A DNA stretch of 64,000 nt from Nitrospinales bacterium (GCA_023248495.1 JAHFEK010000007.1:4770-68769); one strand, 5' to 3'; positions 22,943-31,845 are shown, counted from the stretch's first letter. Notes: a model not told the origin generated them from the letters alone. Translations and numbers: made by a program.

Positions 22943-23088
22943 GGTAACCCCCCTCAAATAATCGTAAAATTAGGCGCCGCGCGGGCGCGTGCACTACATG
23001 CGTTTTCCCGCGTTAAAGTCTATCACAATCCAAAAGAATACGCGTTGCCGTCAGCCGGGGTTTACAATGGTGGAGAGGAGACTGCGTA

Positions 23089-24528
23089 ATGGCCACTCTT
23101 GAGATTAACCGCATCGGGCAAAATTTGTGGGAGATACCGGTCCGCGCCAAAAAAGGGATGAACGTGCCGGCCCGCATCTACACTTCGGCGGCGATGCTCC
23201 CAACCATAGACGACGCGGCGCTGGAGCAGGTATCGAACGCGGCAATGCTTCCCGGCGTGGTGCTCCACACGCTGGCGATGCCGGATATCCACTCCGGCTA
23301 CGGCCTGCCGATAGGCGGGGTGATGGCGACCGACCCGGCGACGGGCGTCGTTTCCCCCGGCGCGGCAGGGTACGACATCAATTGCGGCGTGCGGCTGATG
23401 AAGACCCCATTTGTGAAAGAACAGATACTGCCGATGCGCGAGACGCTGGCCGACCTGATGGCCGCCCGCATACCGTGCGGCGTCGGCCGCGGCGGGCTGA
23501 TCGAGCTCTCCGACGCCGATTACCGCGCCATCGCCGGGAAGGGGGCGGCGTGGGCGGTGTATCGCGGATTTGGCTTGGGTGATGATCTTGTCCACACCGA
23601 ATCGGGCGGGGCGCTGGAAGGGGCCGATCTGGAGGGGGTGAGCGGCCACGCGAAAAAACGCGGGCGCGATGAGATGGGGACGCTCGGCGGCGGCAACCAC
23701 TTCGTCGAAATCCAATATATCGATCAAGTCTACAATCCCGAAATCGCCGCCGCATGGGGGCTGAGCGAAGGGCAAATCACGGTGATGATACACACCGGCT
23801 CGCGCGGATTCGGCCATCAGGTGGCCACCGACCACTTGAAATCAATGGAGCACTCCATGCGGAAATACGGTATCAGCGTCCCGGACAGGGAGCTTGCCTG
23901 CGTGCCGGTTGACAGCGGCGAGGGGCGCGAATACCTCGGCGCGATGCGGACGGCCGCCAACTACGCCTGGACCAACCGGCAGGTCATCATGCACCTCGCG
24001 CGCGAAGTCCTTTCCGCGGCGATGAAGACCGCGCCGGAATCCATGCCGCTGCTCTACGACGTGGCGCATAACATCATCAAGCTGGAAGAGCACACCGTCG
24101 AGGGGAGGAAACGGAAGGTAATGGTGCATCGAAAAGGGGCCACTCGCGCACTCGGCATCGGACACCTCGAATTGCCCGAAGCTTTCAAAAGCACCGGGCA
24201 ACCAGTGCTGGTGCCGGGTGATATGGGACGGATGTCCTACCTGCTGGCGGGAACGCAGACCGCGATGGAGCAGACCTTCGGCAGCAGTTGTCACGGAGCG
24301 GGGCGCGCCCTGAGCCGCCATGCCGCCTCCAAAAAAGCGCGTGGCCGAAATTTGCTTACCGAAATGTCCGATCAGGGGGTGGCAGTGCGCTCCACAGGGA
24401 GGCATACGCTGGCAGAAGAGATGCCGGAGGCTTACAAAAATGTTTCGCAGGTGGTGGATGTGGTCACCGCCGCCGGTCTGGCCCTGCCGGTTGCCCGCCT
24501 GCGGCCAATAGCCGTTATAAAGGGGTAA
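23089..24528 (+). CDS. rtcB: RNA-splicing/repair ligase RtcB
   Basis: MPDIHSGYGLPIGG, GYDINCGVR, GTLGGGNHFVE, HTGSRG, HGAGR, AEEMPEAYK. Confidence 0.96.
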   Translation: MATLEINRIGQNLWEIPVRAKKGMNVPARIYTSAAMLPTIDDAALEQVSNAAMLPGVVLHTLAMPDIHSGYGLPIGGVMATDPATGVVSPGAAGYDINCGVRLMKTPFVKEQILPMRETLADLMAARIPCGVGRGGLIELSDADYRAIAGKGAAWAVYRGFGLGDDLVHTESGGALEGADLEGVSGHAKKRGRDEMGTLGGGNHFVEIQYIDQVYNPEIAAAWGLSEGQITVMIHTGSRGFGHQVATDHLKSMEHSMRKYGISVPDRELACVPVDSGEGREYLGAMRTAANYAWTNRQVIMHLAREVLSAAMKTAPESMPLLYDVAHNIIKLEEHTVEGRKRKVMVHRKGATRALGIGHLELPEAFKSTGQPVLVPGDMGRMSYLLAGTQTAMEQTFGSSCHGAGRALSRHAASKKARGRNLLTEMSDQGVAVRSTGRHTLAEEMPEAYKNVSQVVDVVTAAGLALPVARLRPIAVIKG

Positions 24529-24544
24529 TTGATTCCATTATTGA

Positions 24545-24572
24545 CCAAAAAGCCGGGTCATCCATCCGGCTT
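24545..24572 (-). terminator. Terminator-like hairpin between rtcB and the micropeptide locus
   Basis: AAGCCGG/CCGGCTT stem followed by TTTTT on the minus strand. Confidence 0.6.
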
Positions 24573-24682
24573 CGTGGATTGAGAAAGAGAAAGCTGGAAG
24601 GGTTTCCAGCTTATTGAATTGTAATACGTTTTTCGATGGCCACCGAGCGTCAGCTATGTAGCCATCGAAACGCATTTTCTTG

Positions 24683-24751
24683 CTATCTGCGCTTGCCTCT
24701 GCGCGGAGCGTGAGGCCGGGGAGCATGATGTCCACCACCACCTATTTTCAT
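24683..24751 (-). CDS. 22-aa micropeptide MKIGGGGHHAPRPHAPRRGKRR (copy 2)
   Basis: Hand-translated ATG..TAG; GGAGG about 8 nt upstream; paralog of 24793..24858. Confidence 0.7.
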   Translation of the reverse strand: MKIGGGGHHAPRPHAPRRGKRR

Positions 24752-24792
24752 TGTCGATCCCTCCAGTTCATTGTTTAATAAGGTCTTTATGG

Positions 24793-24858
24793 CTATTTCC
24801 GTTTCGATCTGTGCGGAGCATGGGGCCGGGGAGCATGACTAGCGCCACCTACTCTCAT
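24793..24858 (-). CDS. 21-aa micropeptide MRVGGASHAPRPHAPHRSKRK (copy 1)
   Basis: Hand-translated ATG..TAG; GGAGGT RBS upstream; paralog of 24683..24751. Confidence 0.7.
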   Translation of the reverse strand: MRVGGASHAPRPHAPHRSKRK

Positions 24859-24899
24859 ACCTGCTACCTCCAACTTAAATGTTTTTTCTTATGCAATCT

Positions 24900-24926
24900 A
24901 TATCGGCGGCGGTTTTACGGGACTTA
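24900..24926 (-). promoter_or_regulatory. Putative sigma28 (FliA/SigD) promoter
   Basis: TAAG-N15-GCCGATAT on the minus strand versus consensus TAAA-N15-GCCGATAA/T; about 40 nt upstream of the first micropeptide ATG. Confidence 0.7.
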
Positions 24927-24993
24927 AGGGAATAATTGAAACTATTTTGGGATGCGTACTTCAGCGGCGGGCCAAAACCGGAAGGAACCGGTG

Positions 24994-26073
24994 TTATTCC
25001 ACTGTCACGCTGATGACGCTGAGAATGCGGAGCAGCCGCTTGATAGTTTCGCTTTTCCAGGCGGAATAGCGCCGTAACGCTTCTTCGGCGTAACCGGGAC
25101 CGCCCATCAGCAGGTGTTGCCCCTGCTCTTCGCCGGAAAGCCTGACGATCTTCACCCGCAAGGTTCCTTCCTCAAAGGCCACGAAATCGCAACTGTATAA
25201 ACCTTCATTTTTAGCTTCGGCGCATATCGCGTCCGCTTCCCGCTTAACCCGGGCGGCGCGCAACACCATCATTCGGCTGTAGGCCTCGCCGCGGTGCCGA
25301 TTTACCGGGAAGCCGCGAATGAATTCACGGTACCCCTCTTCGGCGTCCCTTTTTTCATACGGTTCGTATTCCAGCCCGTCCTTCAGCGCGAGAGCTTCGG
25401 GCGCCCTTTCGCTTGCCGCATGGTCGCGTAAAAATTCGGCCCATGCGACGATGCTCTCGGCTTTTTTCACCTCATCGAATATCAGGTCTTCTATCGCCGC
25501 GGCGGCGGCCGGAACCATTGGATGCGCGGGAAATTCCTCGATGAAGAGCGTATAGCCCTCGATGCTGTTCTCGCGCGAAACCGAGTCGAAAAGCAGGTCG
25601 TCCGCCCGCCGCGCCGCTTCGGCGGCGTGACGGCTGTCCGGGTAATTGGCGATGAAGGCGGTATACGCCCTTAGGGTATTCTCCGCCCGGCACCGGCGGT
25701 AGCGGATGTCGTCGATCGTGTCCCGTGCGCGGTCGGCAAAGCGGACGCTGGAATTATCCTTGAGATACCGGTCCATAAGATTTTCCTTGCCGGTTTCCAG
25801 CGACTTTTTCCGCAATGACTCGAAAATGATTTCGCCAGGCTGGAGCGGCTCGGGGAGCGGCGGCGGGATTGCCATCGTCGGTTCGGCAAGTTGGGGCGGT
25901 TCAGGAGAAGGCTCCCCCGCGTCTGCGGGCGGAATTTCCGTGGAACCCGCAGGAGGGGAAACGGCGTCTTCCGCTTGCGCGGCGGCGCATAACATGTAAA
26001 GGACGGCGCAGGTTGCCATGGCCGTCCGGCGAAAGAAAACGGCTGCCGGTTGCATGATGGTTTGAGCGGTCAT
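24994..26073 (-). CDS. Secreted protein with 37-aa helical repeats
   Basis: Signal-like segment ending AAAQA, Pro-rich linker, four 37-aa repeats (D.L.F/Y..E.S/T.E.Y..FI..Y/FP); start uncertain. Confidence 0.75.
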   Translation of the reverse strand: MTAQTIMQPAAVFFRRTAMATCAVLYMLCAAAQAEDAVSPPAGSTEIPPADAGEPSPEPPQLAEPTMAIPPPLPEPLQPGEIIFESLRKKSLETGKENLMDRYLKDNSSVRFADRARDTIDDIRYRRCRAENTLRAYTAFIANYPDSRHAAEAARRADDLLFDSVSRENSIEGYTLFIEEFPAHPMVPAAAAAIEDLIFDEVKKAESIVAWAEFLRDHAASERAPEALALKDGLEYEPYEKRDAEEGYREFIRGFPVNRHRGEAYSRMMVLRAARVKREADAICAEAKNEGLYSCDFVAFEEGTLRVKIVRLSGEEQGQHLLMGGPGYAEEALRRYSAWKSETIKRLLRILSVISVTVE

Positions 26074-26243
26074 GCCGCGTCCGGCATACATTCCCGCCCC
26101 ACCCAATGCTCTGTAGTCACACGGCTGATTATAGTGAACCCTTCCCCCTTTTGCCACCGTCCCACCCTGTATGCACGCCAAATGCCGGTTATCCGCATTC
26201 TTTGCGCTTCCCTTTTTCCCCCGTGCAAATTAAAGTATCCACT

Positions 26244-27263
26244 ATGGTAAAAACGGTTGCGGTGGTTGGCGCTTCAGGCTACACCGGCGTGGAGGCGTTA
26301 AAAATACTCGCGCGGCATCATGGCGTGAAACTGCTTGCGGCCTCCGCGCAGACGTACGCGGGGAAACCGCTGGCCTCACTCATGGGAGCGGGCGCGCCGG
26401 AAATGAATTTTTGCGCGGCGGATGCGCCGGCAATCGAAGAGGCCGAAGCAATTTTTTCCTGCCTGCCGCATGGGGCCAGCGCGGAAAACATCGTGAAGTG
26501 GCGGCAACAGGGGAAAGTGGTGTTCGATCTCTCGGCCGATTTCCGCCTGAAAGATCCGGCGCTCTACGACAAGTGGTACGGCCACGCGCATACGGCCCCC
26601 GATTTCCTCAAGACCGCCGTCTACGGCCTGCCCGAAGCGCGGCGCGACGCCATAAAAAACGCCGATCTTGTCGCCTGTCCCGGTTGTTATCCAACCGCCA
26701 CAATCCTGGGTCTGCTGCCCGTGGCGCGGGCCGGGTGGATAAAATCCACCGTATTCGTGAGCGCCGTTTCCGGCACCAGCGGCGCGGGGCGCAAGAGCGA
26801 CGCCGCATATGCCTTTTGCGAAGTGAACGAAAACCTTTACGCCTACGCCGCGCCAAAACACCGGCATACGCCGGAGATGGAGCAGGAGCTTTCGCTGGCG
26901 GCGGGCAAGGAAATGCATGTCTCGTTCGTGCCGCATCTCGGCCCTTTCAACCGGGGCATCCACGCCACCGTTTTCGCCGAGCCGGCCATCCCGCTAACCC
27001 AGTCCGAACTGACGAAATACTATGAGGATTTTTATTTCGCCGCGCCGTTTGTGAAGGTGACGGTGGAAAATCCGCAATTGAAAGACGTGCGGGGAACCAA
27101 TTACTGTCACATCAGGCCGCTGCTGGACGAGCGGACCGGCAAGCTGATAGTGCTCAGCGTCATCGACAATTTGATCAAGGGGGCGGCGGGACAGGCGGTG
27201 CAGTGTTTCAACATCCGGTTCGGTTTCGCCGAGACCGACGGCCTCCTGATGTCCCCCGTCTAG
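26244..27263 (+). CDS. argC: N-acetyl-gamma-glutamyl-phosphate reductase
   Basis: GASGYTG, DLSADFRL, PGCYPTA, SGTSGAGR, DNLIKGAAGQA. Confidence 0.97.
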   Translation: MVKTVAVVGASGYTGVEALKILARHHGVKLLAASAQTYAGKPLASLMGAGAPEMNFCAADAPAIEEAEAIFSCLPHGASAENIVKWRQQGKVVFDLSADFRLKDPALYDKWYGHAHTAPDFLKTAVYGLPEARRDAIKNADLVACPGCYPTATILGLLPVARAGWIKSTVFVSAVSGTSGAGRKSDAAYAFCEVNENLYAYAAPKHRHTPEMEQELSLAAGKEMHVSFVPHLGPFNRGIHATVFAEPAIPLTQSELTKYYEDFYFAAPFVKVTVENPQLKDVRGTNYCHIRPLLDERTGKLIVLSVIDNLIKGAAGQAVQCFNIRFGFAETDGLLMSPV

Positions 27264-27269
27264 CCCTTT

Positions 27270-27728
27270 TTACCTGATCGGCGGAGAAACGCCGCCTTCC
27301 CCCTTTAATTCGTGGAGGGACGCGGCTATCAATTCGTATGCCTGCCTGAGCAGGTCGATCCCCTCCGCGTATTTTCTTTCGGTCGCCAGCAGGTTGGCTT
27401 CGTTAATCAGCTCCTCCGCCCGCTCCGATGCTTCATCGGGTTCCGTCCTTCCGTTTTTTTCGCGCAGCGTTCTCAGGCGGCCCAGCATGTCGGCCAGCAA
27501 GCCGCTTATCCTGTTAAGGTGGGTGTAATTCGGTTCCCTTGTGAATTCATCCCTGATGTCGTTTTCGTTAACCGGCATTCCTTCATCGGCGAATGCCAAG
27601 GCGGAATGGCCGCTTTCGCCATACGCAAAGCCGGGAAAATCAGCGGCAACAACGATGAAAAAAAGGGCGGCAAGCGCGGTGAAGGCCGCTTTGCGCCGAT
27701 TCATGCCACCCATGTTGTTTTTTTTCAC
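27270..27728 (-). CDS. Hypothetical exported helical protein
   Basis: Basic plus hydrophobic N-terminus, helical C-terminal half; start uncertain; directly follows the cytochrome gene. Confidence 0.6.
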   Translation of the reverse strand: MKKNNMGGMNRRKAAFTALAALFFIVVAADFPGFAYGESGHSALAFADEGMPVNENDIRDEFTREPNYTHLNRISGLLADMLGRLRTLREKNGRTEPDEASERAEELINEANLLATERKYAEGIDLLRQAYELIAASLHELKGEGGVSPPIR

Positions 27729-27738
27729 GGCCCGGAGA

Positions 27739-28125
27739 CTACTTGGTATAATTACATTTGCAGAGCTTGCGCAGGTATTTCACCATGCTGCGTATATCCT
27801 CTTTTTGCAGTATCGTGTTATGCGGCGGCATGCACGAATTAAAACCGGTCGCCTCTCCCCCTTCGCTGATGGTCATGAAAAGCTGTTCATCGGTGCGCTT
27901 GCTCATTTTGGAGGCGTCCGTGTGGTCGCGGGGCGGAACTTCCATCATCTCGGCCAACTCCCCTTTCCCGTCGCCGTTTGGCCCGTGGCATGAAGTGCAA
28001 TACAGCCGGTAGTTGTTTTCCGCGTTGCCCAGCTCGTCGTCCGTGGCATATGCGGGCATGACCGCCGCTGCGGACAATGCCATCGTCAGCGCCAGTAAGC
28101 TCCAAATCCCTTTTTTCATGACCAT
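27739..28125 (-). CDS. Class I monoheme cytochrome c
   Basis: Signal peptide, CTSCH heme motif, G.GDG, SCMPPH Met-ligand region; GGAGGA RBS. Confidence 0.9.
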   Translation of the reverse strand: MVMKKGIWSLLALTMALSAAAVMPAYATDDELGNAENNYRLYCTSCHGPNGDGKGELAEMMEVPPRDHTDASKMSKRTDEQLFMTISEGGEATGFNSCMPPHNTILQKEDIRSMVKYLRKLCKCNYTK

Positions 28126-28173
28126 TCGTTCTCCTCCTTGCCGCATTGATATATCCTTACGCCGTTGTCCGGG

Positions 28174-28350
28174 TTATTTTTTCCGGTAAACGTTTAGCCC
28201 GATTTTCTGTTCCCGGTCTGGGATGGAAATATTTCCTTCGGTCGAAGCGATGATGATGGTTTTGCCCGATGACGAGGGGCCGAACTCCTTGGTCAAATCC
28301 ACCTTGACGGTAAGGATGTTGCCTTCGACGGTCATTTCGACGTTTTTCAT
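28174..28350 (-). CDS. 58-aa small protein MKNVEMTVEGNILTVKVDLTKEFGPSSSGKTIIIASTEGNISIPDREQKIGLNVYRKK
   Basis: Hand-translated; GAGAGG RBS; resembles a conserved small hypothetical family as I recall it; below the ORF-track cutoff. Confidence 0.85.
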   Translation of the reverse strand: MKNVEMTVEGNILTVKVDLTKEFGPSSSGKTIIIASTEGNISIPDREQKIGLNVYRKK

Positions 28351-28435
28351 ATATTATTCCTCTCGTTAGAACCAATTGGCGATGCGGCGCTAACCGCTGT
28401 TTGTACGCGATTGATTGTATCGCAAAACCGCCGCG

Positions 28436-28483
28436 AAAAAAAAGCCATGTCAGGCCCGTGGGGGCTTGAGCATGGCCTTTTCG
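28436..28483 (-). terminator. Intrinsic terminator after the 66-aa ORF
   Basis: GCCATG-TCAAGCCC..GGGCCTGA-CATGGC imperfect stem followed by 8 T on the minus strand. Confidence 0.7.
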
Positions 28484-28522
28484 CGTTATCGCGGGTAAAT
28501 CCGCCGGCTTTAAAACCGGAGG

Positions 28523-28723
28523 TCAGGCATATTTACTGATCTTGGTGCCGAGGTGGCCGGCGCTTTTCTTGCCCGTGGCGTTATTGAGCGCGCCAAGGCT
28601 TGCGGCTAGCGACGCCCCAGCCCCTTTGCCCGTTTCCCCGCTACCCCCCAGCGATGGGCGGTTGGCGCCGCGTGAACTGGCGCCGGAACTGATTTTCGTA
28701 CTGAAACCGGAAATTTTGCTCAT
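28523..28723 (-). CDS. 66-aa Gly/Ser/Ala/Lys-rich small protein
   Basis: GAAGGA RBS before ATG, own terminator, low-complexity sequence ending GHLGTKISKYA. Confidence 0.65.
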   Translation of the reverse strand: MSKISGFSTKISSGASSRGANRPSLGGSGETGKGAGASLAASLGALNNATGKKSAGHLGTKISKYA

Positions 28724-29127
28724 TCGTTCATCCTTCAAAAATCAATTATGGGTTGTTCGAAGTTTTTTCCTAAACATCTCCAGTATCTAAAAGGCAAGAA
28801 ACATGCCTGATAACGCAATCGGGGGAAAGAACGCGTCTTCCGCTACGCATTGTCTTAAGTATTAACGGGTTAGAAGGCCGCGCCGGGGAAGCTCTGGCAA
28901 CCCCGCTGGTGCGCGCCGCATCCGGCGCGGTTCGGTTATTGCCCGGTTCGCGGCAAATTTTTCCCGATGGCGAGTGGGATGGTTCAGCGGCCAGCCGTTG
29001 CCCGCCGCTTACCTAAAATAGGATTTCCCCCACGGCCCGGCCTGCGCGTACCACCAATATTTTTAACCCTATAGCACCGGGTTGGTATACAATTATGCGC
29101 AATAAATAACCGTAGAATGGGCCAAGG

Positions 29128-30201
29128 ATGGACATACAAAAGAACCTCGTGAAGAAGATTCTGGTGTTGCGCTACCGCTCCATCGGCGACATCATTTTGA
29201 GCTCCCCGGCGCTGGAGGCATTGCGGCTCACCTATCCGTCGGCGCGGATAGACATGGTGATCGACGATGCTTTCGAAGACATCTGCCACGGCCATCCGAA
29301 TATCGATTACCTCATCCTGCACAAGCGGGACACCACCGGCATGTCGTGGTTTCAGAAAATGGTGATGGGATTCAAATTTATCGCCAAAATCCGGAAACAA
29401 AGGTACGACATGGTCATCGATCTCCACGGGGGGCCGCGCAGCGCCCCGTTGGCGTGGCTATCGGGGGCGCGTTACCGGGTGGGATACCGGCTGCGGCTGC
29501 GCAGCAAACTGTTTTACAACATCTTCATTATCGCCAGCGCCCCGGGCGCCCACACCTCCGACGTGTTGCTGGATGCGGTTAAATCGGTTGGCTGCGTGAT
29601 GCCGGATGAAAAAAGGCTGTTTCTCGGCTACCGTCCGGAAGACAAGGAATTCGTCACCGGATTTTTACGCAGGTTCGGCGTTTCGGAAAAAGACCGCTTG
29701 GTGATGATGCATCCCGGCGCGCGGGTGGATATCAAACGGCTTCCGGCCGAAAAAATGGGGCACCTCGCCGGCTGGATGGCCGACGAGCTGGGGGTTAAAG
29801 TGGTCTATGCCGGCAACAACGCCGATATCGCCGAAATAGCCGGCATAGTTTCCTACAGCGGCAAACGGGGGCTTATCGCCACCAATCTTAAACTGGGGCA
29901 TCTCTCGGCCCTCATCGCGTCGTGCGATCTGTTTGTCGGCAACGATTCGGGGCCGATGCATATGGCCGCCGCGCTCGGCGTGCCGGTTGTCGCCTTTTTC
30001 GGTCCCAGCGACCCCGGCATTTGGGGGCCCGTGGCCGGCCAGGCGAAAGTGATCCGCAACGCGCCGTTGATGGAATGCCAGCCGTGCGACCAGAAAAATT
30101 GCCCCCACACCGGCGTTCATTGCATGACCAAAATCAAGCTGGCGGAAGCGAAACGGGCGGTCATCAACACACTCACGCACCGCTCGGCCCAGCGTGTCTG
30201 A
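29128..30201 (+). CDS. Glycosyltransferase family 9 (LPS heptosyltransferase-like)
   Basis: KILVLRYRSIGDIIL, HPGAR, GNDSGPMHMAAALG..FFGPSDP. Confidence 0.93.
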   Translation: MDIQKNLVKKILVLRYRSIGDIILSSPALEALRLTYPSARIDMVIDDAFEDICHGHPNIDYLILHKRDTTGMSWFQKMVMGFKFIAKIRKQRYDMVIDLHGGPRSAPLAWLSGARYRVGYRLRLRSKLFYNIFIIASAPGAHTSDVLLDAVKSVGCVMPDEKRLFLGYRPEDKEFVTGFLRRFGVSEKDRLVMMHPGARVDIKRLPAEKMGHLAGWMADELGVKVVYAGNNADIAEIAGIVSYSGKRGLIATNLKLGHLSALIASCDLFVGNDSGPMHMAAALGVPVVAFFGPSDPGIWGPVAGQAKVIRNAPLMECQPCDQKNCPHTGVHCMTKIKLAEAKRAVINTLTHRSAQRV

Positions 30202-31201
30202 TTCCCGCCCTTCGGCCGATCGCGCCCGTTGCGGCGTTTCCCTCGCCACGCGCTCCTACAACGGCCGCGAACTGCTGGAGGAATGCCTGCCGTCGCTGCT
30301 GGAGGCCGCCGCCTTTCATGGCCATCCGGACAACGAGGTCTGCGTGGCGGACGATGGTTCCGGCGACGGCACGGCGGAAATGATGCGCGCGAAATTTCCA
30401 CAAGTGCGGTTTTTGCGGCTTGAGCAGCGCGGCGGCAGCCCCGCGGCCAGCAACGCCGTCATCGCGCAATGCAAAAACGAGATTATTATTTTCATGGATA
30501 ACGATGTAAAGGTGGAGCGGGATTTTATCGCGCCCGCCCTGCCCCATTTCGACGATCCTTCGGTTTTTGCCGTGACCATGCGCGCCCGCCGTTTCGATAA
30601 AACCACGTTTCAGAGCGGCGGCCAGGTGGGGCGTTTTTCACGCGGGTTCATCCGCGCCTGGGAGAATTATGACGTGACGGAACAGCAGCGCCCGCTGGGG
30701 GATCTTTATTCCCTGTACGGCATCACCGCGCATGTTGCATTCCGCAAGGCGATGTTCACGCAAATGGGGGGGTTCGATCCGCTCTATTCCCCCTATATTT
30801 GGGAGGATACCGATCTGGGCTACCGCGCGTGGAAGCGGGGCTGGAAAACGGTTTACGAGCCGCGCTGCCTCGTCTATCACAAGGTGCACGGCACCGCCGC
30901 GAAGCTTCCCCCAAGTTCCCGGATGCTGTACGTCAGCGAGCGCAACCGGCTGATTTTCCACTGGAAGCTGCTTGCCGACGGAGACCTGCTTTTCTGGCAT
31001 TTCTTTTTCCTTTTTTGGCGCACGCTTCTGGCGGTTTTTACCTTTAAAAAAAAATTCCTGCTGGCGCTGGCGGAGGCGTTACAATCGGTGCCAGCCATTC
31101 GCGCCTACCGGAATGCGGACAAGCAACACTGGGTCTTGCGTGACCGCGACATCCTGGGGAAGCCATTAGAAACCTTGAATAAACTTGGGGGAAACAAATG
31201 A
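30194..31201 (+). CDS. Glycosyltransferase family 2
   Basis: [41 protein letters not shown]. Confidence 0.92.
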   Translation: MSDSRPSADRARCGVSLATRSYNGRELLEECLPSLLEAAAFHGHPDNEVCVADDGSGDGTAEMMRAKFPQVRFLRLEQRGGSPAASNAVIAQCKNEIIIFMDNDVKVERDFIAPALPHFDDPSVFAVTMRARRFDKTTFQSGGQVGRFSRGFIRAWENYDVTEQQRPLGDLYSLYGITAHVAFRKAMFTQMGGFDPLYSPYIWEDTDLGYRAWKRGWKTVYEPRCLVYHKVHGTAAKLPPSSRMLYVSERNRLIFHWKLLADGDLLFWHFFFLFWRTLLAVFTFKKKFLLALAEALQSVPAIRAYRNADKQHWVLRDRDILGKPLETLNKLGGNK

Positions 31202-31845
31202 AGATATTTATCGATACGGCGGACATCAACGAAATCCGCGAGGCAAACCGCATCGGGATTTTGGATGGCGTCACCACCAACCCGTCGCTTATCGCCAAAA
31301 CGGGCAAGGATTTCAACAGCGTGGCGAAGGCGATTCTCGCCGAAGTCAAGGGGCCGGTGAGCCTGGAGGTGATCTCGCTCGACACGGACGGCATGTTGAA
31401 AGAGGCCCGTGAACTGGCCAAGCTGGGCGAGAACGTGGTGGTGAAGCTGCCGATGACCGTTGACGGCCTGAAGGCATGCAAAGCGCTCACGGACGAGGGA
31501 ATCAAAACGAACGTCACGCTCATCTTTTCCTCCAGCCAGGCGTTGCTGGCCGCGAAGGCCGGCGCCACCTACGTCTCGCCGTTTGTCGGCCGTTTGGACG
31601 ATATATCCGAGGATGGCATGGTGCTGGTGGAGCAGATCGTCCAGATATATCAAAACTACGGCTATCAGTCGGAGGTGATTGTCGCCTCCATCCGCAGCCC
31701 AATGCACCTCGTGAAGTCTTGCCTGATAGGAGCGGATGTTTCGACCATCCCCTTTGGCGTCATTCAACAGCTTTCCAAGCACCCGCTCACGGATGTCGGT
31801 ATCGAGCGGTTTCTGAAAGACTGGGAAAAGGTTCCGAAGAAATAG
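31198..31845 (+). CDS. tal: Transaldolase (short FSA/TalC type)
   Basis: [47 protein letters not shown]. Confidence 0.96.
   Translation: MKIFIDTADINEIREANRIGILDGVTTNPSLIAKTGKDFNSVAKAILAEVKGPVSLEVISLDTDGMLKEARELAKLGENVVVKLPMTVDGLKACKALTDEGIKTNVTLIFSSSQALLAAKAGATYVSPFVGRLDDISEDGMVLVEQIVQIYQNYGYQSEVIVASIRSPMHLVKSCLIGADVSTIPFGVIQQLSKHPLTDVGIERFLKDWEKVPKK

Noticed and set aside
24538-24741. 67-aa ORF containing DIMLPG, resembling a response-regulator remnant
   Set aside because: It is an alternative frame over the 22-aa micropeptide, lacks an RBS and has no other receiver motifs
28157-28375. 72-aa ORF from the track
   Set aside because: Shadow frame; the 58-aa ORF at 28174..28350 has the RBS and protein-like sequence
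28740-29120. ncRNA or sigma28 promoter in the long intergenic region
   Set aside because: No recognisable RNA family motif and no TAAA-N15-GCCGATA spacing found
31046-31054. A9 run in the GT2 gene as a phase-variation site
   Set aside because: Several A/T runs of 8-9 occur in this window (Lys/Phe codons), and this one is near the 3' end
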